Source: Candidatus Krumholzibacteriia bacterium (lineage in GTDB: Bacteria > Krumholzibacteriota > Krumholzibacteriia > WVZY01). From it: a stretch of DNA of 64,000 nucleotides. Below, one piece after another: positions 21,915-31,188 of this stretch. The stretch covers positions 16,484 to 80,483 of the forward strand of contig JBHHVD010000002.1 of assembly GCA_046754105.1 (NCBI GenBank). Reading direction: 5' to 3'. The notes under the pieces are model-generated. The model was not told the DNA's origin, searched no databases, and saw only the letters and a program-made list of their open reading frames with translations. The position numbers were made by a program, and so were the translations under genes. Positions within the stretch are counted from its first letter, which is position 1; each line of letters opens with the position of its first letter.

Positions 21915-22949
21915 CTACCCCCTTTCTGGATCACCTGTCGCCATCCAACTCATCTCTTTCTGCGGAGGCCGGTTCATCAGCTCGTTTATGGCCTGCCGCG
22001 GATCTTTCCCAGCGTACAGCACCTCATGAATACTCTCGATGATGGGTAGCTCCAGCCCCAGTCTCTCGCCGACCGAGACGGCGGCCCGCGTGGTGCGCAC
22101 ACCCTCGGCAACCATCACCATCTCCCCGAGAATTTTTTCCAGGGACTCGCCGCGACCGATCTTTTCGCCGACGTGGCGGTTGCGGCTGTGCTTGCTCAGA
22201 CAGGTCGCGATCATATCGCCGACACCGGCGAGCCCGAAAAACGTTTCCCGTCGTGCGCCCAGCGCCGTGCCCAGCCGGCTGATCTCGACCAGGCCGCGCG
22301 TCAACAGGGCCGCCTTGGTGTTGTCACCGTAGCCGAGCCCGTCGCAGACCCCCGCCGCGATCGCGATAATGTTCTTTAGCGCCACTCCGATCTCGACGCC
22401 TGCCAGGTCACCGTTGGTGTACACCCGAAAATAGGGCCCGAAGAACGTCTCCTGCACGGTCTTGACGACCGTCTCGTCGACGCCGGCCACCACCACCGAC
22501 GTCGGCATCTTGCGGCTGACTTCCTCCGCGTGGCTCGGCCCACTTATCGTACAGACCCTACCTGCTTCTACGGGCAGCTCGTCCAGCAACACTTCGCTCA
22601 TGCGCTTGAGCGTTTTTTCCTCCAGGCCCTTCGCCGCGTTTACGACGATCGCCCGCGGATCGAGCTTGCCGCTCGCCGCAACCTCTGATGCCACGGCACG
22701 CACGATGTGGCTCGGCACCACGAACAAGACGAGGCTCGCACCTTCGAGGGCTGCACCAAGGCTGGCCTCGATGGTGACCGTTTCGGGCAGCGGGACGCCG
22801 GGCAGGAACTTCTTGTTCTCCCCGTCGCGTTTCATTGCCGAGGCCTGCGCGCGGTCGAACTCCCACATCGTCACCCCGTGTCCGTTTTCGTGGAGCAGAA
22901 TGCCGAGCGTCGTCCCCCAACTTCCCGCCCCAAGAACCGCAATGGTCAT
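21915..22949 (-). CDS. gpsA: NAD(P)H-dependent glycerol-3-phosphate dehydrogenase
   Basis: GAGSWG, SGPSHA, LKNIIAI, GDN and SRN motifs. Confidence 0.97.
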   Translation of the reverse strand: MTIAVLGAGSWGTTLGILLHENGHGVTMWEFDRAQASAMKRDGENKKFLPGVPLPETVTIEASLGAALEGASLVLFVVPSHIVRAVASEVAASGKLDPRAIVVNAAKGLEEKTLKRMSEVLLDELPVEAGRVCTISGPSHAEEVSRKMPTSVVVAGVDETVVKTVQETFFGPYFRVYTNGDLAGVEIGVALKNIIAIAAGVCDGLGYGDNTKAALLTRGLVEISRLGTALGARRETFFGLAGVGDMIATCLSKHSRNRHVGEKIGRGESLEKILGEMVMVAEGVRTTRAAVSVGERLGLELPIIESIHEVLYAGKDPRQAINELMNRPPQKEMSWMATGDPERG

Positions 22950-22964
22950 CGGTATTCCCTTTCC

Positions 22965-23594
22965 CTATTTCCTTTGGCGTTGCAGCGCCGGTTCCTGACC
23001 CGCCACGAGACGACGGATGTTGCTGCGGTGCTTTGTCAGCACCACGGCCGTGATGGCGGCCGCCAACGCGAGCAGCGACCAGTGATACGATGCAAAACCA
23101 AACCAGTCGAGAACAAATACCACGACCGGCAGCGCCACCGCTGCGCTCATGCTCGCCACCGAGACGATGCGCGTGGCGCCCAGGACGATTGCAAACACCA
23201 CGAAGGCCCACAGCAATACGAGGGGGGCCAGGGCCATAAAAGCTCCCGCCGTCGTCGCTACGCCCTTGCCACCCTTGAAACCGACGAAAAGCGAGAACAT
23301 ATGTCCGATCACCGCGGAGAAACCGGCTGCGAGCATCAGCCAGTGTCCGGGGACCTCGCTCGCGGCGGCGAGGTCCGGCGCAAAATAGGCCGGCGCAAAG
23401 CCCTTGGCGACGTCCGCAACCAGTACGAGAATCGCGACCCACGGCCCCAGGTAGCGAAACGAGTTGGACGCTCCGAGGTTACCACTGCCGTGTTCCCTCA
23501 GATCGATGCCGGCGAATGCCTTTCCCGCCATATAACTGAAAGGCACGGCACCGGCGATGTAGCCGACCGCAATTACAATGAGCAAACCCATCAT
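22965..23594 (-). CDS. plsY: glycerol-3-phosphate acyltransferase PlsY
   Basis: GSGNLGASN, GH..S...FKGGKGVAT and HRSNI motifs. Confidence 0.96.
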   Translation of the reverse strand: MMGLLIVIAVGYIAGAVPFSYMAGKAFAGIDLREHGSGNLGASNSFRYLGPWVAILVLVADVAKGFAPAYFAPDLAAASEVPGHWLMLAAGFSAVIGHMFSLFVGFKGGKGVATTAGAFMALAPLVLLWAFVVFAIVLGATRIVSVASMSAAVALPVVVFVLDWFGFASYHWSLLALAAAITAVVLTKHRSNIRRLVAGQEPALQRQRK

Positions 23595-23608
23595 GAGCGG
23601 TCCCGTTT

Positions 23609-24919
23609 CTATTGCTTGTCCACCAGTTTTATGCGAATCACCGTGCCCTCGAACGAATAACGGTCACGCAGGCGATTGTTGAGAAACCTCACGTAGGCCC
23701 TCCCGAAGTAGGCCCGTTTGTTGACAAAACAACTGAACGTCGGTGGCGAGACATCCACCTGCGTGACGTAATAAATCTTGCCGTTTCCACCTCCGTATGA
23801 CGGCGGCGGGTTTCTCTCGATCACTTCTTCCAGGAAGCGGTTGACTTCGCTCGTCGGGAGCCGGGTTTCCCGCGCCTCCTTGACCCGCCACACGATTTCC
23901 AGGATACGGCTCACCCGCTGGCCGGTCACCGCCGAGGTGAAAAGAACCGGCGCGTACGACGCAAACTTGAATGCCCGGCGGACCTTCTTCTCGAATTGCG
24001 GCACGGTCGAGTTGTCTTTGTCGGCGACGAGGTCCCACTTGTTGACGCAGAATATCAGTCCTTTGCCGGCACGGTGCGCGTAACTCGTGACCTTCATGTC
24101 CTGATTGGCGATGTCCCGCGACGCGTCGACGACCATGACCACGACGTCCGCCCGTGAAATGGCATCGATGCTCTTTAACGCCGAGAGCGACGTGAGACCG
24201 TCTTTGCTGCGCGACTGGCGCCGGATCCCCGCCGTGTCCACCAGTGTCACCTGCTTCGAGAACCAGCGCATCGTAACGTCCACGCTGTCCCTTGTCGTGC
24301 CCGGCCGCGAATCGACGATCGTGGTCTCCTTGCCGAGCATTGCATTGATCAGGCTCGACTTGCCCACGTTGGGCCGCCCAACGATCGCCAACTTCACGTC
24401 CTCATGATTCGAGCTCGGTCCTCGCCGGGGCAGCTCCGCGACGACCTCGTCCAGCAGATCGCCCACTCCCTGTCCGTGAAGCGCGCTGATCGCGTGAATC
24501 CGCTCGAAGCCCAATTCAAAGAACTCGGCCTCCGAATGGCGATTCTTCTCGGACTTGTTCACCACCAGAAACACCGGCGCCTCGATTTCGCGCAGGCGAT
24601 TGGCCACGTCGATATCGGGCCCGGTGATCCCCGTCTCGGCGTCGGTGACGAATATCATGACATCGGAGCCCAAGGCTTCCTGCCAGGCCCTCTTTTCCAC
24701 TTCGTGGACTAACTCATCGGCGATCCCGGAGAAGAGTCCGCCGGTGTCGATCAACTCGAACGCCACACCCGTCCACTCGGTCTCGATACGCTGCACGTCC
24801 CGCGTCACCCCGGGCGTCGGATGAACCAGCGCCCGCCGTTTGCGGGTAATACGGTTGAACAGAGTCGACTTTCCCACGTTGGGTCTGCCGACGATTGCCA
24901 CCCGCGAAGGCCGTTTCAT
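23609..24919 (-). CDS. der: ribosome biogenesis GTPase Der/EngA
   Basis: two GRPNVGKS G-domains, DTGG/DTAG, KH-like C-terminus. Confidence 0.97.
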   Translation of the reverse strand: MKRPSRVAIVGRPNVGKSTLFNRITRKRRALVHPTPGVTRDVQRIETEWTGVAFELIDTGGLFSGIADELVHEVEKRAWQEALGSDVMIFVTDAETGITGPDIDVANRLREIEAPVFLVVNKSEKNRHSEAEFFELGFERIHAISALHGQGVGDLLDEVVAELPRRGPSSNHEDVKLAIVGRPNVGKSSLINAMLGKETTIVDSRPGTTRDSVDVTMRWFSKQVTLVDTAGIRRQSRSKDGLTSLSALKSIDAISRADVVVMVVDASRDIANQDMKVTSYAHRAGKGLIFCVNKWDLVADKDNSTVPQFEKKVRRAFKFASYAPVLFTSAVTGQRVSRILEIVWRVKEARETRLPTSEVNRFLEEVIERNPPPSYGGGNGKIYYVTQVDVSPPTFSCFVNKRAYFGRAYVRFLNNRLRDRYSFEGTVIRIKLVDKQ

Positions 24920-24939
24920 TCCCGCCCCACCTGCTCCGA

Positions 24940-25710
24940 TCAATTGCGCGAGGGGTCAGAAGCCGACGCAACGGCCTGCAGCACGCGAACCACGTCGTTG
25001 CCGGCGACCGGCCGGTCACCGGCCGCGGGATCCGGCCCGCCCGTCGTGGTTACGGCACTTCTAACTCCTTGTGGATACAACAGTTGCTCGAACACTGCCC
25101 GCCTGACGCCGACGCGCAGAGCCAGGCGTCGCAACACGAAATAGAAAGCGGCACGGGTGACCACGCGCTCGGAATGAAAACCACCGTCGGCGAGGCGCGC
25201 CATCACGCCCGAGGCCAGCGCGCTGCGGATGGGGACGGCAAGCGGCGGCTGCCCCTGCACGCGCTCTCTCGAGCGCGGGTCTGGTGGAAGCTTCTCACCG
25301 AAAAAGGAGTGAATCAACGATGCAAGGTCCCCCCTCGACACGGTGGATTGCGCGCGGACGGTCCGGGGGGAGACGCCGGCGTGTTGCGCCGCCGCGGCGA
25401 GATACTCGTCGAATCGAAGGCCGCCGCCCAGGCGCTTGCCCGCGGCGAACGCTTCCAGGGCACGCGGGTAATCCGAAACTGCCATATACGTTCGCCCCAG
25501 GTAGAGATAAGCGGTCCGGCGCTCTTCGTCGTTATCCAGGCTGGAGGTCAAACGGCTCAGGACGCGCTCCGCGTCCACGTAATCACCTTCGATATAGAGG
25601 GCGATGGCACCATCCACTGCCCTACCGCCCTTGTGCGAGCGGGCGCAGCCCGTCACGGCGAGCGCGACCGCAACGCTGACGTATAACGGTTTTTCGAAAC
25701 AGCCAATCAA
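24940..25710 (-). CDS. putative lipoprotein with TPR and SLH-like segments
   Basis: LAVTGC lipobox; AYLYLGRTY TPR; GVM...DGGF...VTRA SLH-like; TTG start inferred because the longer ORF overlaps the tRNA. Confidence 0.55.
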   Translation of the reverse strand: MIGCFEKPLYVSVAVALAVTGCARSHKGGRAVDGAIALYIEGDYVDAERVLSRLTSSLDNDEERRTAYLYLGRTYMAVSDYPRALEAFAAGKRLGGGLRFDEYLAAAAQHAGVSPRTVRAQSTVSRGDLASLIHSFFGEKLPPDPRSRERVQGQPPLAVPIRSALASGVMARLADGGFHSERVVTRAAFYFVLRRLALRVGVRRAVFEQLLYPQGVRSAVTTTGGPDPAAGDRPVAGNDVVRVLQAVASASDPSRN

Positions 25711-25727
25711 CGATATCGTCTCATTTT

Positions 25728-25803
25728 TGGAGCGGGCAACGGGACTCGAACCCGCGACCCTCAGCTTGGGAAGCTGATACTCTACCAACTGAGTTATGCC
25801 CGC
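25728..25803 (-). tRNA. tRNA-Gly (CCC)
   Basis: GCGGGCA acceptor stem; anticodon loop TTCCCAA; TCCA end. Confidence 0.96.
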
Positions 25804-25839
25804 CCGGTTAACGAGTGTTTTTTTATCATCTTAGCTTAC

Positions 25840-26778
25840 TTATGTCAAGTGAGATTTAAAGTCGTCATTCCCTCGAATCAACCCGGCGATCACCGACACG
25901 GGTTCCGTTGCCGTGACATCTACCCAATGCGCGCCGCCGACGCTGCGAAAAAACGTTTCCTGTCGCTTGGCGTACTGCTGCGTCTGGGTTATCACCTCAT
26001 CCACGCATGCGTCCGGCGCACCACCTGCGATGATGGCGCGGGCAATCACGGCGTACCCGAGGCTGCCCATGGCGGGTGCGTCGGGCCGAACCCCCGAGGC
26101 AAGGAGTCCCCGCACCTCCTCCACCCATCCGGACTCGAACATCTCGCGCGTGCGGTCCGCGATGCGGCGGCGAAGCCTCGCCCGCGGCAGCGTCAGGACG
26201 ATTCGCAGTCCGCACCACGGGTGTCTGCGTTTCTGCTCCTTGATCAGGCGGCTGTGCGGTTTGCCCGTGTAGTCGTGGATTTCCAGGGCGCGCATGATGC
26301 GTACGCGATCGTTGCGAGAGAGCTCGCCCGCGCGTTCCGGATCGCGACGGAGCAGTTCCGCGTAGAGCGCCCCGGTCGCCCAATCGCCGAGCCGCCCGCG
26401 AATGGCTTCGAGGTCCGCTTCCGGTATGCGGACGTGAATGAGTCCTTCGAAGAGCACCCGGAAATAGAAGCCGGTGCCCCCGACAAAGAAAGGAATCCCT
26501 CCAGCAGCCGCGATTCCCTCCGCCACGTCCAGCGCGCGCGCCACATGCCGCCCCGCGTTGTTCGCCTCGTCGGGGTCCAGAACGTCTATTAAGTGGTGGG
26601 CGACGCGGTCGCGGTCCGCCTCGGCGACCTTCGCCGTACCGATGTCGAGACCACGGTAGACCTGGCGCGAGTCCATGGAGATGATCTCGCCGCCAAACGA
26701 CCGTGCCAGTTCGATCGCCACGCGCGACTTGCCGCTGGCCGTCGCTCCCATGATTGCGACGCCGGGGTACGAGGTCAT
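25840..26778 (-). CDS. miaA: tRNA dimethylallyltransferase
   Basis: GATASGKS, DSRQVYRGLDIGTAK and YAKRQETF motifs. Confidence 0.96.
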   Translation of the reverse strand: MTSYPGVAIMGATASGKSRVAIELARSFGGEIISMDSRQVYRGLDIGTAKVAEADRDRVAHHLIDVLDPDEANNAGRHVARALDVAEGIAAAGGIPFFVGGTGFYFRVLFEGLIHVRIPEADLEAIRGRLGDWATGALYAELLRRDPERAGELSRNDRVRIMRALEIHDYTGKPHSRLIKEQKRRHPWCGLRIVLTLPRARLRRRIADRTREMFESGWVEEVRGLLASGVRPDAPAMGSLGYAVIARAIIAGGAPDACVDEVITQTQQYAKRQETFFRSVGGAHWVDVTATEPVSVIAGLIRGNDDFKSHLT

Positions 26779-28631
26779 TATCGTCTCAAGAACCAGCCCT
26801 CGATCTCTTCTATCGATATTCTCTGGATGGTTGGGCGCCCGTGGGGGCAGGAGTACGGATTGGCAACGGCGAAGAGCTGGTCGGCCAGCATCTTCATCTC
26901 TTCGGTGGCCAGCTGCTGTCCGGCTTTGACCGCGCTGCGGCACGCGAAACTTGCAATGATCCGATCCGCGTGCGAGTTCCCCGGGACGCGGTCCTCGGCG
27001 ATGTCGTCAAAGATCTGCAGCAGGAGCTTGCCCTCCTCCCAGTTCTTCAACCCCTGGGGAGTGCCTCGAACGAGAATACTCTTACCACCGAAGGGCTCCA
27101 GGTGAAACCCGAGCTTGCGGAATACCTCACCCGAAGATCGAAACACCTCGAGCTCACCGATGGACAGTTCCAGGTGTATCGGGAACAACATCTGTTGTGA
27201 CAGGGGAATCTCGCTTTCGAAACGGTTCTTGCTCGTGTCAAAAATGATGCGTTCGTGTGCGGCGTGCTGGTCGATGACCACGATACCGCCGCGTACCTGG
27301 ATGAATATGTACGCGTTGTTGAACTGCCAGAAGAGCGCGTCGTCTCCGCCCACTTCTTCCTTCAGCTCCTCGACGGCCGCCGGCTCCGGCGGGGCTTTTC
27401 GAGCGACGTTCTTCAAAGACAGTTGCGGATTGAATGCCTTGCGCGAGGCACTGCCCTCCATGTATGAGGCGTAGGCGTCCTTGATTCGAGAGCGATACCG
27501 GTCAGCCGGCACGCCAGGCGCCATCGCACCCTTTCTCTCACCGGACTCCGTCCCGGTGGACGCAAGACCTGCCGGGCCGAACGGGGATGGGGCCGGCGTC
27601 ACCGGCGGAGTGCCGATCCGGTCGTAGCGCACGCGCAGCGTCGATTCGGAATGGGCCGACAACGCCTGTTTGAGCGCCCGCTGCACCAGCTCAAAGACGC
27701 CGCGCTCGTTTCGAAGCCGAACCTCCAGCTTGTTCGGATGGACGTTCACATCCACTTGCTCGCACGGCACCTCGAGAGAGAGCACGATGACGGGAAAGCG
27801 TTTGTACGGGATCACGCTGCGGTAGGCCAACTGCACCGCCTGCTGGATGGTTTTTTCACGCACGAGCCGGCGGTTGACGTAGATGAACTGCTGGTTGCGA
27901 TTGGCGCGAGTGTGTGCCGGTAGACTGGTGAATCCCTTCAAACGCAGCGGATCGACACCGGCGTCCAGATCCACGATGTGTTTCATCACGTCACCGCTGA
28001 GAATGGCGGCTACGCGGTCACGCCACGACGGCGCCGGAATCAGATCCAGTTCGCTCCGCCCGTCGACGGCATAATGAAACTCCAGGTCCGGGAAAATGAG
28101 GGCGAAAGCGAGCACCGTCTCAAGCATTCTGCGCCGTTCGGTCGTGCCCGATTTCAGAAACTTCCTGCGTGCCGGTGTGTTGAAGAACAGTTCCCGCACC
28201 CGAACCGTGGTGCCGCGCTCGCGCGGCGCCGGCGAGCCCGACACTTCGCCGCCGCAGGCGAAACGCCACCCCTCCCCACCCGCGGTGTCCGCGGAGACAA
28301 TCTCGAAACGGGACACCGCCGAGATACTCGCCAGTGCCTCTCCCCGGAAACCGAACGTCGCGATGCGGTCGAGGTCCCCCGAGTGCGCGATCTTGCTCGT
28401 CGAGAAACTACGCGCCGCGAGCTCCACGTCATCCGCCGCCATGCCGTGCCCGTCGTCTCTGACCTCGATCAAGCCGACACCGGCCCCCTCGACGCGGATC
28501 GATATCACGCCCGCGCCCGAATCGATCGCGTTCTCGATCAGTTCCTTGACAACGGACGCCGGCCGTTCCACGACCTCTCCCGCGGCGATCTGCCGCGCCA
28601 CATCTTCTGGCAGGACCTTGATTTTCGCCAT
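26778..28631 (-). CDS. mutL: DNA mismatch repair endonuclease MutL
   Basis: IAAGEVVERP, GFRGEAL, DQHAAHER, ACR and CPHGRP motifs. Confidence 0.97.
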   Translation of the reverse strand: MAKIKVLPEDVARQIAAGEVVERPASVVKELIENAIDSGAGVISIRVEGAGVGLIEVRDDGHGMAADDVELAARSFSTSKIAHSGDLDRIATFGFRGEALASISAVSRFEIVSADTAGGEGWRFACGGEVSGSPAPRERGTTVRVRELFFNTPARRKFLKSGTTERRRMLETVLAFALIFPDLEFHYAVDGRSELDLIPAPSWRDRVAAILSGDVMKHIVDLDAGVDPLRLKGFTSLPAHTRANRNQQFIYVNRRLVREKTIQQAVQLAYRSVIPYKRFPVIVLSLEVPCEQVDVNVHPNKLEVRLRNERGVFELVQRALKQALSAHSESTLRVRYDRIGTPPVTPAPSPFGPAGLASTGTESGERKGAMAPGVPADRYRSRIKDAYASYMEGSASRKAFNPQLSLKNVARKAPPEPAAVEELKEEVGGDDALFWQFNNAYIFIQVRGGIVVIDQHAAHERIIFDTSKNRFESEIPLSQQMLFPIHLELSIGELEVFRSSGEVFRKLGFHLEPFGGKSILVRGTPQGLKNWEEGKLLLQIFDDIAEDRVPGNSHADRIIASFACRSAVKAGQQLATEEMKMLADQLFAVANPYSCPHGRPTIQRISIEEIEGWFLRR

Positions 28632-28742
28632 TCTTCTCCCCTTCTTCCTCAAGAACCGGGGACAACATAGCACGGACCCGAAGCCGCTGGCAATCAAAGC
28701 ATGCCCCGCGGGGCGCCTGGCAACGCTGTTTTCTGTTGAAAA

Positions 28743-31043
28743 CTATTCCTGGCTGGGAACCTGCAGGTCCTTCTCCGCCTCGGCCAAAAGCTCGGCGGCC
28801 GTGCGGGAGGCTCCCGGGTAGACGGCGGAGCCGACGAGGATGTCGTTCTTGCCAACCTTGAGGTCCTCGACACCGGAGAGGTCCTTCATGAGGTAGAGCA
28901 CAACCCGAGACAAGAGAAACCGGATGCGGCGCCCGCCCTCCAGGGACAGCATGGCGTACGTCGCTCGATCTACCCACGCCCCATAGTCCGTCTCTCGGGT
29001 GCGCGTGCGAATGCCCTGGGTGATCTCGTCGACCAGCCCGAAAGCTGCTTTGTAATCGTCATCGAACAACTCATCCAGTGGGTTGATTCGGAAGAGGATC
29101 AACGCGAACGAGTGGTGGTAGCGGTCGGATCGGGATATCTCGCTCACGCACACCTTCTGGAACCGTGTCAGATTGCTCTCCAGCACCGTCTCGTAGGCGT
29201 CGGGCTCGGCGTCGGCGGCACCCGGCGACGTTTGCTGGATGGTGTCGAGTACCGGCAAAATCAGACGGGCGAGGTTTTCGAGGATATTGCGATCGAGGTC
29301 GGAGAAAACGACGTCCTCCATGGGGTCGCCGGGCTGCTTGCCGTACGCGATGATTCCCCCGTGAAACGCCTCCTTGCCCGCGATCGGCGAGGCCAGCAGC
29401 GACGCGCACCCGCCGCCATCCTCGCGCACCTCGGCGTCGAAGTCCAGGAGGGCCAGTGTGAAGGCCTTGCCGGTTTCTACGAGACGCTCGAACCGTTTGC
29501 TGTCCTCATCGGCCCAGGCGGCATCCGGCTCACCGGGCGGCTCCAGGAGGCTCACGTGGTAGGCAAGGTCGTCCGCGGACGGTCGCAGCCTCACCGAAAC
29601 CTGCCGGCATTCGAGCACGTCGGCCACGACACGCCCGAGCACATCGGCCAGTTCGTCGACCGTCCGGCACCCGAGGAGGGTCGCCGCCGCGTCGGACACT
29701 TTGGAGAAGGCGTCCAGCTCCCTTTTCAGTTTGCGTTCGCGCATTTCGGAGAACATAAATCGCGCGAGCTCGAGCTCGATCGCCTCGCGAATGATGAGAA
29801 ACTCATCGAGGCGGTAGCGTTCCTTGAATTCGAGGACGAGAACCCCGCCGCTGTCGTCCACGCCGAGATGGCAGTACACGCTAGAGGACAGCGCCTCGAG
29901 GGCGTCCGCCGTCGGATCGGCGCTTTCCGTGAGAACGATACACCGTCGTTCCAGGAAGGCGCGGCTCAATGTGCCTTTTTGAAACCGCAGCCTCTCGCTT
30001 CGTGGCGTAAGCAGCCGGTTGGACCCACCGAGGATGAACCAGTCACCCTCCGCTGTGTGCATGAACACCTCGACGGTTTCGGCGCCCAGCAGCTCGGAGA
30101 GATACCGGCACACGATCGAGAACTTCTCCACCGTCGAAACCGGTTTTACCGCGACTTCGCCCATTGTAGAACGAATCTTGGCCTCCCGGTGCCGCATTTG
30201 CGTTTCCTGGAGCTTCAGCGATTCGAATAAGACCCTCGACAGGCGCCGTGACAGTTCCTTCAAACGCGTCAGGTCGTGCTCGTCGTGCACGTGTCCCTTT
30301 TTGCCCGACGACACGTTGACCACGCCAAGCAGGCGGCCCTCCCACATCAGCGGCACCGATATGGCGGATGCGATGTCGAGACGTTCACGGTCGCGTGCGT
30401 ACAACGACCTGTCGGATGTCGTGGTCAGAAGCTGGGCCTCCTTGCGAAGGGCAACGGCACCGGCGACCCCCTCGCCGAGCTTTTGCCGCGTGTTCTTGAC
30501 GATGCGCTCGCTGAGGCCCGTGGCGTAGGCGATGTAGAGCTCCTTCGCTTCCGTCGAGTAGAGCATCACCGAACCGGCGCTCGAGGACGTCGCGCGCACC
30601 GCGACCTCCAGCAGGAACTTGAGGAGCTGCTTGCGGTCGAGTAGCTTTTCAAGCGCCTGCAACGTGTCCTCAACCGTGTACGGCGTGTCGATGTCTCTCG
30701 CCTCCGGCGGGGCCGGGGGCGTGCTGGCGCACAGCGAAGTGGTGGCTGCGCTCGGAGTCAGCACCTTCGCCCCGCTGCCCGTCAGGGCGGTGAGCTCCTC
30801 GCTGAAACGTGCCCGGGGCTCGGAGACCACGACGTGGTCGATCTTGCGAAGGTCCTTCAACTGGTCGGGTTTGTGGAACCGCGGCAGCCCGAGGATCTCC
30901 GCAATCTCCAACCCGACGGCCCCTTCATGGGTATCGTAGACGAAGGCCACCTCGACGTCGGGCTGGCGATGCAGCTCGCTGAGCACGGCGAGGTCACGCT
31001 CTTGCGCGCCGAGGATCCCACATCTTAGTCTCCGCTTGTGCAT
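28743..31043 (-). CDS. multi-GAF signalling protein with an N-terminal Rossmann-like domain and a degenerate GGDEF domain
   Basis: GAF motifs (GEGVAG, ISVPL..GRLLGVVNV); EISRSDRY..FALI and GSAVYP..ELL..A GGDEF-fold landmarks. Confidence 0.7.
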   Translation of the reverse strand: MHKRRLRCGILGAQERDLAVLSELHRQPDVEVAFVYDTHEGAVGLEIAEILGLPRFHKPDQLKDLRKIDHVVVSEPRARFSEELTALTGSGAKVLTPSAATTSLCASTPPAPPEARDIDTPYTVEDTLQALEKLLDRKQLLKFLLEVAVRATSSSAGSVMLYSTEAKELYIAYATGLSERIVKNTRQKLGEGVAGAVALRKEAQLLTTTSDRSLYARDRERLDIASAISVPLMWEGRLLGVVNVSSGKKGHVHDEHDLTRLKELSRRLSRVLFESLKLQETQMRHREAKIRSTMGEVAVKPVSTVEKFSIVCRYLSELLGAETVEVFMHTAEGDWFILGGSNRLLTPRSERLRFQKGTLSRAFLERRCIVLTESADPTADALEALSSSVYCHLGVDDSGGVLVLEFKERYRLDEFLIIREAIELELARFMFSEMRERKLKRELDAFSKVSDAAATLLGCRTVDELADVLGRVVADVLECRQVSVRLRPSADDLAYHVSLLEPPGEPDAAWADEDSKRFERLVETGKAFTLALLDFDAEVREDGGGCASLLASPIAGKEAFHGGIIAYGKQPGDPMEDVVFSDLDRNILENLARLILPVLDTIQQTSPGAADAEPDAYETVLESNLTRFQKVCVSEISRSDRYHHSFALILFRINPLDELFDDDYKAAFGLVDEITQGIRTRTRETDYGAWVDRATYAMLSLEGGRRIRFLLSRVVLYLMKDLSGVEDLKVGKNDILVGSAVYPGASRTAAELLAEAEKDLQVPSQE

Positions 31044-31118
31044 AGGGTTACATGATCCTGCTGATGTAATACTCGAAATACGGCGTTTCCGCCGGGTATA
31101 CGGACCGCTTCCATTAGA

Positions 31119-31134
31119 TGCAAATCCCAGACCA
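31119..31134 (-). promoter_or_regulatory. possible sigma54 promoter for the GAF gene
   Basis: TGGTCTG-GGAT-TTGCA with GG-N10-GC spacing, ~75 nt upstream of the ATG. Confidence 0.35.
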
Positions 31135-31188
31135 TACGGCGGATTATCGCGAGATCGGGGTGGCGGGCCGTGCGGCCGGCGTTGCGGA

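Noticed and set aside
25823..25850. TTATGTCAAGT resembling a dif XerD arm
   Set aside because: No XerC arm; better explained as the miaA stop plus a -35 TTGACA for tRNA-Gly; no strand switch in gene orientation
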